Notes under the pieces: generated by a model
What the model saw: the letters and a program-made list of their open reading frames with translations, nothing else
The model's database searches: none
Told to the model about the DNA's origin: nothing
Origin: a virus
DNA: 64,000 nucleotides
IMG/VR virus record: IMGVR_UViG_3300046820_001062
Span: 59,731 to 123,730 of that record
Strand: one strand, 5' to 3'
Made by a program: the position numbers and the translations under genes
Shown here: one piece after another, positions 46,209 to 55,266 of the stretch
Layout: each line of letters begins with the position of its first letter
How positions within the stretch are numbered: the first letter of the stretch is position 1

Positions 46209-46772
46209 ATGGAACCACATGATGAAGGTGAGTACATGTACATGATGCAAGCTGAAGCATACAAATATGCATTATGGAGTGAAGAATCTGCTAGAGGTTA
46301 TGCAGAAGCTGAATACAATCTAAATAGTTATAGTTCTCAAATAGCTGAAGAACTTGCTAATTTAGAAGCTGGCATGGAGTCTGTAAAAAGAAACATTGAT
46401 TACTATCAAAATATTTATGACAATTTAGAAGTATCTCACAATAATCTTAAAGGTATTGTAGTTCGTTCATTTAGAGAGGTAAAGATTCCTGTAGGTTATG
46501 AAACATATATGTCTGATTCAGATTCTCTAAAAGTATTATTAGATAAAGCAATTGTAGAAGCATATCGTTCATATTCTTATCACTCTGACAGTGAATTTAC
46601 AATTATGTGTAACCCTGATACTTTTAGACAACTTATGTCAGATATTATGGACAAACCTATTCATCCTTCAGAATCAATAATTGAAATGAAAGCTGAGGGT
46701 AAAATTTTATACAAAGGAATGAGAGTATACAGAAGTTATGATATTCCTGAAAACAAATTTATTGTAAAATAA
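46209..46772 (+). CDS. Hypothetical protein with coiled coil
   Basis: 187-aa ORF. Confidence 0.6.
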   Translation: MEPHDEGEYMYMMQAEAYKYALWSEESARGYAEAEYNLNSYSSQIAEELANLEAGMESVKRNIDYYQNIYDNLEVSHNNLKGIVVRSFREVKIPVGYETYMSDSDSLKVLLDKAIVEAYRSYSYHSDSEFTIMCNPDTFRQLMSDIMDKPIHPSESIIEMKAEGKILYKGMRVYRSYDIPENKFIVK

Positions 46773-46773
46773 C

Positions 46774-47223
46774 ATGAAAAAAGTATTAATTGGACATGTT
46801 GGAGTTGATTCAGGTCAGCTCCTAATGTGTGACCCTTGCTACATTGATTCTCAATGGAAAAGCGAAGACTTTGAAGACATTAGAATCTATGAACATGTGA
46901 CAACAAAAGAAAGACTACAGTATAGAGTAGACTTTCCTCATTATGCTATAGAGATACCAAAGTATGGTAAAACTATGAATGAGCTTAATGAAACTGGAGA
47001 GTGGAAACAGATTGACGTAAGTGATTCTGTAAAACATCCTTTCAGCTACAATGCATGTGCTCATGCGACCTTGTCAGAAAATGGTCATGGTCAATTGAAC
47101 TATGAACTAGGACACCCAGGTGTAGGAGTTGCGTTTGCAACAGCATTTGGTGATGGCTATTATCCTGTATACGCAAAGTATGGCAGTGATGGAATCTTGA
47201 AGTCTGTAACAGTAGAATTCTAA
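46774..47223 (+). CDS. Conserved hypothetical protein (VDSG...GDG.YPV family)
   Basis: GVDSGQLLMCDPCY and TAFGDGYYPVYA. Confidence 0.65.
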   Translation: MKKVLIGHVGVDSGQLLMCDPCYIDSQWKSEDFEDIRIYEHVTTKERLQYRVDFPHYAIEIPKYGKTMNELNETGEWKQIDVSDSVKHPFSYNACAHATLSENGHGQLNYELGHPGVGVAFATAFGDGYYPVYAKYGSDGILKSVTVEF

Positions 47224-47226
47224 GCT

Positions 47227-47478
47227 ATGAAAAACTTAAAAATAGAAAAAAAACCATTCAGCGAAACAAAACATTATTCTGGTAAGTACACTTGTGACTG
47301 TTCTCAGTGGGAAGATGAATACCAAGAAGAAACCTATGAGTTTACTGTAGTAGTAACTCATGACAATGACAATAAATCTTATCATTTAGAAGAAATCATT
47401 TGGTTAGACAGACAACCACGTGATGTAGATTCTGTTGATGATTATATTAATGAAAACTTTTTTGAACTAATTAATTAA
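47227..47478 (+). CDS. Hypothetical acidic protein
   Basis: 83-aa ORF. Confidence 0.6.
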   Translation: MKNLKIEKKPFSETKHYSGKYTCDCSQWEDEYQEETYEFTVVVTHDNDNKSYHLEEIIWLDRQPRDVDSVDDYINENFFELIN

Positions 47479-47714
47479 TGGAAGCAATTTTAAATCGCAG
47501 AAATCTTAGTGGAGTTTATATATTCCACAAGTTTGATAATGAAGAAAAGCGTAAACCAACATGCTTTGAAGACTGTCCTGAAGAAAAACAAGATGAATGG
47601 TTAAATTCACTTGATCCTGAAGCAGTTAAAAATTTGGCTAAACACCTTGCCAATACTCTTAGAAAAATAGGTGATCATTTTGATATAACAACTCAAGAAG
47701 ATGAGCATGAATAA
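47478..47714 (+). CDS. Hypothetical protein
   Basis: RRNLSGVY...PTCFEDC. Confidence 0.6.
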   Translation: MEAILNRRNLSGVYIFHKFDNEEKRKPTCFEDCPEEKQDEWLNSLDPEAVKNLAKHLANTLRKIGDHFDITTQEDEHE

Positions 47715-48030
47715 TTTACCAATTGATGAGTTTCTAGAAAAAATAGATTCTCCAGTACAACAAACTCTTGTAGAACAGAAGTATCAATTTTCTCACCCTT
47801 ATGAAGATGAGAATGGTAGTAAAAAACATACTGCTGTCTATTTAGAAATGGATGTCTTGCGTAAAACATTTAAAGTTATACCAGGTGACGGCAGAACTGA
47901 ATTTGGTTTTGTTACTGGTTCTCACAAGTACAACTTGTGGCGTGCAACAACACGCTGTATTTCTGCAGCTATTGAATTTGCAGTTGAATCTTTAAATCTT
48001 GAAAACGATGAGTCATCCTTTACATCATAG
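47701..48030 (+). CDS. Hypothetical protein
   Basis: 109-aa ORF. Confidence 0.6.
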   Translation: MSMNNLPIDEFLEKIDSPVQQTLVEQKYQFSHPYEDENGSKKHTAVYLEMDVLRKTFKVIPGDGRTEFGFVTGSHKYNLWRATTRCISAAIEFAVESLNLENDESSFTS

Positions 48031-48406
48031 TATTTCAAGCCAGAAAAAGTGGGGTGGGCATGTAGATGACTACTTGCCCATTCACAACTGGTTTGATGAA
48101 ACTAAAATGCATTACCCTGACATGCGTCATAGGGCATTGCGTCATCACTCAGAAGGAATTTTCTGGTGTGAGCAACAATTTGGCACATACATCACTAACT
48201 CTGATGGACGAATGGTTCCTGTAAGAGCAATTGGTGAACAACATTGTATGGAAGACCTTGGTTGGATTCCAACAATTAAAGATTACTTGGACAACATGGA
48301 AACAGTAGGTTGGATGTTTAAACCAGGTGATGGAAGAAAAATGTTAAAAGAGATGTCAAAAGACAAATCAGATTTTGTTAAACAAGAAAAAGCACAATTA
48401 CCATGA
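48008..48406 (+). CDS. His-rich conserved protein (resembles DUF6915)
   Basis: HPLHHS.SS.KKWGG..DDYLPIH.WFDETK...D.RHRALRHHSEG; family name recalled, not searched. Confidence 0.6.
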   Translation: MSHPLHHSISSQKKWGGHVDDYLPIHNWFDETKMHYPDMRHRALRHHSEGIFWCEQQFGTYITNSDGRMVPVRAIGEQHCMEDLGWIPTIKDYLDNMETVGWMFKPGDGRKMLKEMSKDKSDFVKQEKAQLP

Positions 48407-49086
48407 GTGAAGAAAAAGAAATTTCAATCAAGCAGATTCTTGATTGGTGTATGAAAAAACATGAAGAAGGTTCTGAAATTGTCCTAAAATGGGATGGTGG
48501 AGGAGATTCTGGATGGGTTCACATTGAAGTAGATGGTGAAGATAGTACTGATCCTGAAGCAGAAAGACTTGTAGACATGATGTATGATCAACTTGATTAT
48601 GGTTCATGGGCTGGTGAGTTCTCTGCATCTGGAGAAGCTCCTTTTGATCCTGACACTAAAATGTTCCAAGGTACTGACTATTACACTGAAACTGATTCTA
48701 CAGTTGCAGAGGCAAAGATAGAAATCAGAGTTCCTAAGCACATTCATTTTGATGACATTCACATTAATACACAAGATGAAAACTGTAGTGTAGATGTAAC
48801 TTTAGGAATCAGAAATGGTTTTGATCATCCAGATTCAGAAGGTGTTGTTAAACAATTAGAAGAAATGTTATCTGAAGCAATCTATGAAGCTGCAAAAGCT
48901 GATGTAGATGACGAAGATGATATTGATGGATTTTGGGAAGAATACGCAATATTCAGAACTGATTTTACTGAAGATGGGAGTGACCTTGTACATGTTATAG
49001 AAAACATAACTTATTCAAAACGTTACACATCTGAAAAATATGTAGAAATCAATCTTGAAGAATTGTTAAAAGAAGAAACTGAATAA
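48403..49086 (+). CDS. Acidic conserved protein (resembles DUF6878)
   Basis: WDGGGDSG motif. Confidence 0.55.
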   Translation: MSEEKEISIKQILDWCMKKHEEGSEIVLKWDGGGDSGWVHIEVDGEDSTDPEAERLVDMMYDQLDYGSWAGEFSASGEAPFDPDTKMFQGTDYYTETDSTVAEAKIEIRVPKHIHFDDIHINTQDENCSVDVTLGIRNGFDHPDSEGVVKQLEEMLSEAIYEAAKADVDDEDDIDGFWEEYAIFRTDFTEDGSDLVHVIENITYSKRYTSEKYVEINLEELLKEETE

Positions 49087-49088
49087 TC

Positions 49089-49787
49089 ATGAACTATCAA
49101 GAACTAAAGTACACAGTAGAGAACCAATCAGGTGTCTCTTATGAAAATGCGTTGATTCTTTGGAAAACTATGTACAAAGATTTCAATACTTTTTTGACAA
49201 ATGTAATCAGGTATGATTCAATGAAAGATTTTGGCGATCATTGTGCTTCTGTATGGAAAGATGTTAAAGTTGCTTCTGCCCAGGATGCATTTGCTCAAGA
49301 AAATCTAGAAATGCGTAGGTTGTTCTTTAAAGCAATTGGTATAGAGAAAATGTTCCAAGAACTTGATCCTGAACTTATTGCAGAGGAAACAATTGTATTT
49401 AACAACGCTGTCTGGAATGATAAAGACAACAGTATGGATGTAAAAATCATTCATGATAAGTATGAATTGTACAAAATCAAGGGTGATAAATTGTTTCCAG
49501 AAGAAAAGTCTGAATGGCGTAGAGCTAATGCAGACATCTATGCTGTACGTTGTTGGTGTACAACCACTGCACGTGAGTATTGGATCTATGTTCCTAGACA
49601 TATTGGTCAAATGAATGATGCAATTGAAGCAATTGCTTGGACATTTCAACTTAATATTGGAGATCCTGTAGCTTTGTATCGTCAAGGTGATATCATTATT
49701 GCTGAAGCAGGACCTGAATCTAAGGAAGTAAGACCTTATCACTTAGATAAAGCAACTTATTTAAAACTATTAAAAGTACAGTCATGA
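49089..49787 (+). CDS. Conserved phage protein with CxC motif and C-terminal RQGD
   Basis: N.EMRR...K.IG.E; VRCWCTTTAREY.IYVP; AIAWTF; YRQGDII. Confidence 0.65.
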   Translation: MNYQELKYTVENQSGVSYENALILWKTMYKDFNTFLTNVIRYDSMKDFGDHCASVWKDVKVASAQDAFAQENLEMRRLFFKAIGIEKMFQELDPELIAEETIVFNNAVWNDKDNSMDVKIIHDKYELYKIKGDKLFPEEKSEWRRANADIYAVRCWCTTTAREYWIYVPRHIGQMNDAIEAIAWTFQLNIGDPVALYRQGDIIIAEAGPESKEVRPYHLDKATYLKLLKVQS

Positions 49788-50032
49788 GTTGTAAAACAAA
49801 CTGTCACAATTGTGTCTACTCAAAGAGTAACTCATATGTGAACTCTGCTCATATTCAATGCACCAGATACTGGTCATATTACAAAAAGCGTAAAGACGTA
49901 CATCCAAAAGGTGCAGAACATGCAATTAAAAGTGGATGGTGGGATTTTCCTTATGACTATGATCCTGTATGGATGCAAGAAGATTGTCCAGAGTATCAAG
50001 AAAAAGAACGATCACCTGAATCAAAACTGTAA
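49784..50032 (+). CDS. Small Cys/Trp-rich protein
   Basis: CHNC..C...HAIKSGWWDFPYDYDPVW..C. Confidence 0.6.
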   Translation: MSCKTNCHNCVYSKSNSYVNSAHIQCTRYWSYYKKRKDVHPKGAEHAIKSGWWDFPYDYDPVWMQEDCPEYQEKERSPESKL

Positions 50033-50033
50033 C

Positions 50034-50285
50034 ATGGAAACAAAAACAGCAAAACGTGTGGTATTAGCCACAGGAGAAGGAGCAAACACACATGCTCTTA
50101 ACAGCAAAGTGCCAGTTGAGTACATTGACATGGGAAATCAGACAATCAAAATGAATGTTAAAGAACAAGCTTTGATTACACATGAAGAACATGGTACAAT
50201 TATGTTGAAGCCAGGTACTTATTACAAGACAAATCAAGTGGAGTTTAATCCATTTAATAATACAGTTTCTTACGTTTTTGACTAG
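50034..50285 (+). CDS. Conserved cupin-like His protein (LATGE/HEEH family)
   Basis: LATGEGANTH, HEEH..I.L.PG.Y...Q.EF; start at 50034. Confidence 0.65.
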   Translation: METKTAKRVVLATGEGANTHALNSKVPVEYIDMGNQTIKMNVKEQALITHEEHGTIMLKPGTYYKTNQVEFNPFNNTVSYVFD

Positions 50286-50300
50286 GAAATTGTGAAAAAA

Positions 50301-50358
50301 TCACAAAAACAAGGGTTTGAGGTCGCAATTTGCGACTTCAAGCTCTGTTTTGTGAACT
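50301..50358. repeat. Long imperfect inverted repeat
   Basis: TCACAAAA...TTGAGGTCGCAA-T-TTGCGACTTCAA...TTTTGTGA. Confidence 0.7.
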
Positions 50359-50397
50359 GATTAATTTTTTGTATTATTGCAATTAAAACTGACTATT

Positions 50398-50568
50398 ATG
50401 AAAATAGAAATTTCTATGACAGAGCTACTACTTATAGTAGATATGATCAAGAATGGTATTGAACCAGTTAGTGGACCATCAAATGAAGATTTAACTCTTC
50501 ACTTTGTAACAGAAGATGATGAACCTGATGAAATAGTTTTAAAAAGAAAACACAAGAAGAAAAAATGA
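50398..50568 (+). CDS. Hypothetical protein
   Basis: Start MKIEIS. Confidence 0.5.
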   Translation: MKIEISMTELLLIVDMIKNGIEPVSGPSNEDLTLHFVTEDDEPDEIVLKRKHKKKK

Positions 50569-50804
50569 TGTCTCACAGAACACCCTCACCAATGATTATC
50601 ACAGTAAAACACTATGATAAAACATTAACAGCAGAACTTCCATGGGATTCTCCATTGGATGATGTGTTCCAAGCTATTCAAGGACTGCTTGTAGCTGATG
50701 GATTTCACAATGATGGTATTGAAAACTATATCATAGAACGTGGTGAAGAATTGCAAGAATTTAAAAATATTAAAGACGATGAAGAAAACAGCTCTCTATC
50801 TTGA
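50565..50804 (+). CDS. Hypothetical protein
   Basis: 79-aa ORF. Confidence 0.6.
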   Translation: MMSHRTPSPMIITVKHYDKTLTAELPWDSPLDDVFQAIQGLLVADGFHNDGIENYIIERGEELQEFKNIKDDEENSSLS

Positions 50805-51234
50805 TGATATCAGAACACCAACAGAAACATTGGAAGGGTATCACCCATGGTCAGTTGTAAGAAACTATGATGAATTTGTTACACATATTAAAAACAATGG
50901 TGTTCCTGATCTCATCTCTTTTGACCATGATCTTGCTGATGAGCATATGGCTGATTATTGGGATAAGCAAGCACGCGGTATTAAAACCATATCTTATGAA
51001 AGTTATAAAGAAAAGACTGGTGTTGATTGTCTTAATTGGCTTATTGAATATGTACTTGATAGAGAAGAAGTATCTCCCTTTATTATTTGGGTACATTCTC
51101 ATAATCCTATGGGCGCTACAAACATTCTAGTAAAAGCTTCTAATTTTATGAGGCATGTTGGTTGGAAACCACAAGTGTATTATGCACAACCTAAATTTAT
51201 TATAGAAACCAAAATTGAAGATCAAACAAAATAA
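50779..51234 (+). CDS. Receiver-fold phosphoesterase-like protein (cyclic-phosphate processing type)
   Basis: LYLDD.R.P, SFDHDL, KTG.DC..WL, HS.NP.G..NI. Confidence 0.7.
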   Translation: MKKTALYLDDIRTPTETLEGYHPWSVVRNYDEFVTHIKNNGVPDLISFDHDLADEHMADYWDKQARGIKTISYESYKEKTGVDCLNWLIEYVLDREEVSPFIIWVHSHNPMGATNILVKASNFMRHVGWKPQVYYAQPKFIIETKIEDQTK

Positions 51235-51236
51235 CA

Positions 51237-51659
51237 ATGAAAGTTAAAATCAAACGTTTGCACAAAGATGCTGTTATTCCTAAATATGCAAAGCCAGGTG
51301 ATGCTGGTTTAGATTTAGTAGCAACAAACATTATTAGCTTTGACAAAGAACAAGTTGTATATGGAACTGGTATTGCAGTTGAAATTCCAGAAGGATATGT
51401 AGGACTTGTATTCCCGCGCAGCTCAATACGTAAGTATGAACAATACCTCAGCAACTCAGTTGGTGTTATTGATTCAGGTTATCGTGGAGAGATTCAAGCA
51501 ACTTTTAACTCACGTTTTTACGCAGATGTAAAATATAAAGTGGGTGATAAGATTGCACAATTAATCATCATGCCTTACCCTCACATTGACTTTGAAGAAG
51601 TTAATGAATTATCAGAAAGTGAAAGAGCTGATGGAGGTCATGGCTCAACAGGTAATTAA
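51237..51659 (+). CDS. dut: dUTPase (trimeric)
   Basis: AGLDL, PRSS, GVIDSGYRGEI, IAQL, RADGGHGSTG. Confidence 0.95.
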   Translation: MKVKIKRLHKDAVIPKYAKPGDAGLDLVATNIISFDKEQVVYGTGIAVEIPEGYVGLVFPRSSIRKYEQYLSNSVGVIDSGYRGEIQATFNSRFYADVKYKVGDKIAQLIIMPYPHIDFEEVNELSESERADGGHGSTGN

Positions 51660-51819
51660 AAATGACTTTTAAACTTTTTTTAGAATTTAACTCAAGAAAG
51701 TTTGGTTTGTCTATCATTCATGAGAAACAATCCATTACTGCTGAATTTAAACACAAACTGTTTATACATTTCTTGTGGTTTGAATTTGGAGTTAAATTTC
51801 TACAGTAAAACTTTTATTT

Positions 51820-52188
51820 ATGCAGATAAATAAAAACAGTGGTCAAGTTGTAATAATTGGACCCTATGGTAGTGTATATCTGTATACACATGACACTGCT
51901 AACACATTAGTTAGTGATGTTTATGACGCATTAAAAGAAGGTAAAAGATGGGATGACCCTGATTACCTATCTAAAATGATTTTTTGTAGAATGCTACCTT
52001 TAGAATGTTGGTTAGATGATAAAGGATTTGGTATTGGTACACAATTGTACAATGATGTAAATCTTCTTGTCAGTGTAAATATTATGCAGCAAAGTATTAC
52101 TATCCATTCAATGGATGATAAACATAGCAAATTGATATTTACATTTCAAGAGTTCATTGATTCCTATGCTAACTCAGCATTATTGTAA
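51820..52188 (+). CDS. Hypothetical protein
   Basis: VYLYTH...R.DDP.YL..M.F. Confidence 0.6.
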   Translation: MQINKNSGQVVIIGPYGSVYLYTHDTANTLVSDVYDALKEGKRWDDPDYLSKMIFCRMLPLECWLDDKGFGIGTQLYNDVNLLVSVNIMQQSITIHSMDDKHSKLIFTFQEFIDSYANSALL

Positions 52189-52298
52189 AAAAATCATAGC
52201 AATATAGTACTATTTTAATTTTAAATGTGTATCTTTACATATTCAATGTTCTGAGAAAAATTGTATTTTAGTGGCAGTTATTAAACACTGATACTCAA

Positions 52299-52589
52299 AT
52301 GCTATATCAATTGCCAAATGGTAAGTGTATAGAAATCTCATTAGAGCAATATTTGAGAATGACAGATGATGAATTGAACATGTACATGGCTTTCAACTAT
52401 GGTGAAGAAGTTAATGATCCTTTTGCATTAAGCGTTTTAAAGTATGGAAACGCATCTGAAAAAGAAGAGTTCATTGATGAAGAATCAATCACAGAAGAAG
52501 ACGAATACATTGAAGATTTAACAGATGTACTTCCTGAAGAAAAACTTTATGATGATGAATACATAGACTACGACAACTTAGAACAGTAA
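52299..52589 (+). CDS. Conserved small protein with highly acidic C-terminus
   Basis: YQLPNGK.IEIS.EQYL; D/E-rich tail. Confidence 0.7.
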   Translation: MLYQLPNGKCIEISLEQYLRMTDDELNMYMAFNYGEEVNDPFALSVLKYGNASEKEEFIDEESITEEDEYIEDLTDVLPEEKLYDDEYIDYDNLEQ

Positions 52590-52604
52590 TCTTATTAGAT
52601 AAGT

Positions 52605-53021
52605 ATGCTGCAACCAAAATTAAAAACATGCTCAGCTTGTGGTGAAGACAAGGTAATTTGGAAGAATCATGAGGGTGAAAAGTTCTGTAAAGACTGCTGG
52701 GGTAAACAAGCTCCAGTAAAACATCCCAAAAGAACAGCAATATCAAAACTGCCTTCTGACAAAAAGAAACCTTTAGATTTACTTTACAGCAAGATGAGAA
52801 AGGAATTCTTGTCTAAACCTGAAAACTCCACATGTTTTGCAAAGCTCCCAGGATGTCTCAATTCTATGGGAGAAAATCTCACAATACATCATACAAAAGG
52901 ACGTGGAAGATACTATCTTGATAGTACTACATGGATTCCTTTATGTCTAACATGTCATCAATGGGTTGAAGAGCACCCAGCGCAAGCTAAAGAACTCAAT
53001 TTATCACAATCTAGATTTTAA
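52605..53021 (+). CDS. HNH-like (NinG-like) nuclease
   Basis: CSAC, CKDC, C....C, IHHTKGR, LCLTCH.WV. Confidence 0.65.
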   Translation: MLQPKLKTCSACGEDKVIWKNHEGEKFCKDCWGKQAPVKHPKRTAISKLPSDKKKPLDLLYSKMRKEFLSKPENSTCFAKLPGCLNSMGENLTIHHTKGRGRYYLDSTTWIPLCLTCHQWVEEHPAQAKELNLSQSRF

Positions 53022-53034
53022 AAAAAAAGAGAAA

Positions 53035-53367
53035 ATGAAAAAATTCATTGGTTATTACATCATTGGTGCAAACACAAAAGAAGATGCACAGAATGAAAAA
53101 GGTTTAATGCTTTGGTCACCAAACAAACCAAACGCACTTAAACGTTGGTTAAATGAAACCTTATTGGGTATCTACTGGGTAGATAAAGATAGGATTGTTC
53201 AAACTCAAGAAAAGGGTAAGACAATGCAGAATCAAGAACAACCTGTAGAACTTGCTAAAGTTAAAGAAGAAAAAACTGCTCCTGTAATGCAAGTAGAAAA
53301 ATCTGCTAAATTACAAGAGGCTCCTAGAAAACCACGCCAAACTCCTAGAGTAAAACCAAACAAATAA
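53035..53367 (+). CDS. Hypothetical protein
   Basis: Start MKKFIGYY after an A-rich leader. Confidence 0.6.
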   Translation: MKKFIGYYIIGANTKEDAQNEKGLMLWSPNKPNALKRWLNETLLGIYWVDKDRIVQTQEKGKTMQNQEQPVELAKVKEEKTAPVMQVEKSAKLQEAPRKPRQTPRVKPNK

Positions 53368-54482
53368 TGAGCGACTCACTTGAATTAACTAAAAGAGAGT
53401 TGATTCAACAGGAAGCCTTGACTGCATCTGCCACCCATTACAGATGTGGTCTTGGCATTTCCATGGGTGTAGGTAAGACTTTAATTGGCTTACGTCACAT
53501 GGAAAGAGAGTTTCCAAATTTAAAAACCAGATTTCTGGTAGTAGCTCCAAAAGTTTCAATCTTTGAAAGCTGGAAAGATGATGCTAAAAAGTTTGGACTA
53601 GAATACTTGTTGGATCACATTGACTTCACAACGTACATATCACTGAGTAAAAGAACTAGAGATTATGATGTCATCTATTTAGATGAGTGTCATAGTTTGT
53701 TATTTACTCATGATTACTATTTGGCTACATACACAGGTAAGATTCTTGGTTTAAGTGGTACTCCACCACGTTACAAGAACTCTGAGAAAGGTGAGATGGT
53801 TAACAGATACTGTCCCATTGTTTACACTTACATTACAGATGACGCTGTAGATGATAAAATTCTCAATGACTACAAAATTCTAATACACAGGCTACCATTA
53901 TCAACAGCAAAGACACATAGGGTTGAAACCAAAAAAGGTGGATTCTTTATGACTTCTGAAGCTCAGAATTATGATTACTGGTGTGGAAGACTTGCTAGTG
54001 CAGCAAATCCTGCGCAAACAAAGATTTTTAGAATCATGAGAATGCAGGCTCTAATGCAGTTTAGATCCAAAGAAAAATACGCCAGACAATTATTAAACAT
54101 GATGGATGACAAATGTCTTGTCTTCTGTAATACAACTGATCAAGCTGATAGAATATCTGTGCATAGTTATCACAGTAAAAACTCTAACAGTGAAGAAGCA
54201 TTGGTTGCTTTTAAAGAAGGTAAGATAGATGAACTTACATGTGTTCAACAATTGAATGAAGGTATTAACATTCCCAATCTTAAGTATGGTATTATACTTC
54301 ACGCATATTCTAATGAAAGAAAAGCAAGTCAAAGAATAGGACGTTTATTGCGTTTGAATCCTGATGATAAAGCTATTATTCATATACTTATGTATGGTAA
54401 TACTGTAGATGAAGACTGGGTGCAAGATGCATTGAGAGATTTAGATTCTGACAAGATTGTTTACACAGATCCTTTTTGTTAA
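53367..54482 (+). CDS. Superfamily 2 helicase
   Basis: MGVGKT, LDECH, SGTP, LNEGINIP, QRIGRLLR. Confidence 0.9.
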   Translation: MSDSLELTKRELIQQEALTASATHYRCGLGISMGVGKTLIGLRHMEREFPNLKTRFLVVAPKVSIFESWKDDAKKFGLEYLLDHIDFTTYISLSKRTRDYDVIYLDECHSLLFTHDYYLATYTGKILGLSGTPPRYKNSEKGEMVNRYCPIVYTYITDDAVDDKILNDYKILIHRLPLSTAKTHRVETKKGGFFMTSEAQNYDYWCGRLASAANPAQTKIFRIMRMQALMQFRSKEKYARQLLNMMDDKCLVFCNTTDQADRISVHSYHSKNSNSEEALVAFKEGKIDELTCVQQLNEGINIPNLKYGIILHAYSNERKASQRIGRLLRLNPDDKAIIHILMYGNTVDEDWVQDALRDLDSDKIVYTDPFC

Positions 54483-54484
54483 TT

Positions 54485-54877
54485 ATGCATAATACAATAG
54501 TAAAGTTTACCAAAAAAGATGGACAACTTGTACCCGCGTCTGAATCTGATGCGGGCAAGTTGAAACTTTTTGCAATGTCTTTGAAAGAAGGCTCTGATGT
54601 AGAAGTTTATTTGTCCTTAACAAACAATGTTGACAAAACTGCTGGACAACTTGCAAAAGTCCATGCATTAATTAGAGAACTTGCAGCCTTTACTGGTCAC
54701 ACTTTTGATGAAATCAAACTTGTGATAAAAGAAAAAGCTGGTCTGTATGTTATTACAGGAACCAGCTCATCTGATAAGCAACTAAAAAGTTTTGGAGATT
54801 GTTCTAAAGAAGAATTATCCGCTGCCATTGAAACCTGCATTGAAGTAGGTCACATGTTTGGTTGCAACTTATATTAG
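54485..54877 (+). CDS. NinB-like recombination accessory protein
   Basis: T.GQ..KVHALIRELA..TG.TF.E.K...K, S..DCS.EEL. Confidence 0.5.
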   Translation: MHNTIVKFTKKDGQLVPASESDAGKLKLFAMSLKEGSDVEVYLSLTNNVDKTAGQLAKVHALIRELAAFTGHTFDEIKLVIKEKAGLYVITGTSSSDKQLKSFGDCSKEELSAAIETCIEVGHMFGCNLY

Positions 54878-55212
54878 TCTTCAGTTTCCCCAATTAGTTT
54901 TTGGGCTTCTTCTAAAGTAACACTTTGAATAAATCCTTGTTCTTGTGCTTTAGTTTCAAATTCTCTACAAAGAATTAAGATTGTCTCATAATGACTAACC
55001 CATTCTTCTGTAATGTTTTGGTCTTTGATTTGTGCATGTGCATCCTGCATTTGTTCAGGAGATTTACCTTTCACAAAAAAACCAACAATTGCTTGAACTT
55101 TTTGATAGTATCCTGTACTCATCTTAATTTCAACAATTGCACTTGGCATAATAACATCAACCATTGACGGTTGGTTTTCTGCACTTTCATTAGTTTGATT
55201 TACTTCAGACAT
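54874..55212 (-). CDS. Hypothetical protein, lone antisense gene
   Basis: Start MSEVNQ; fills the gap with no competing plus-strand ORF. Confidence 0.6.
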   Translation of the reverse strand: MSEVNQTNESAENQPSMVDVIMPSAIVEIKMSTGYYQKVQAIVGFFVKGKSPEQMQDAHAQIKDQNITEEWVSHYETILILCREFETKAQEQGFIQSVTLEEAQKLIGETED

Positions 55213-55266
55213 GTCGTGTAGTTTAATTTGAACAAAAATAAACAAATAATTCTAAGTTTCAAAAAA

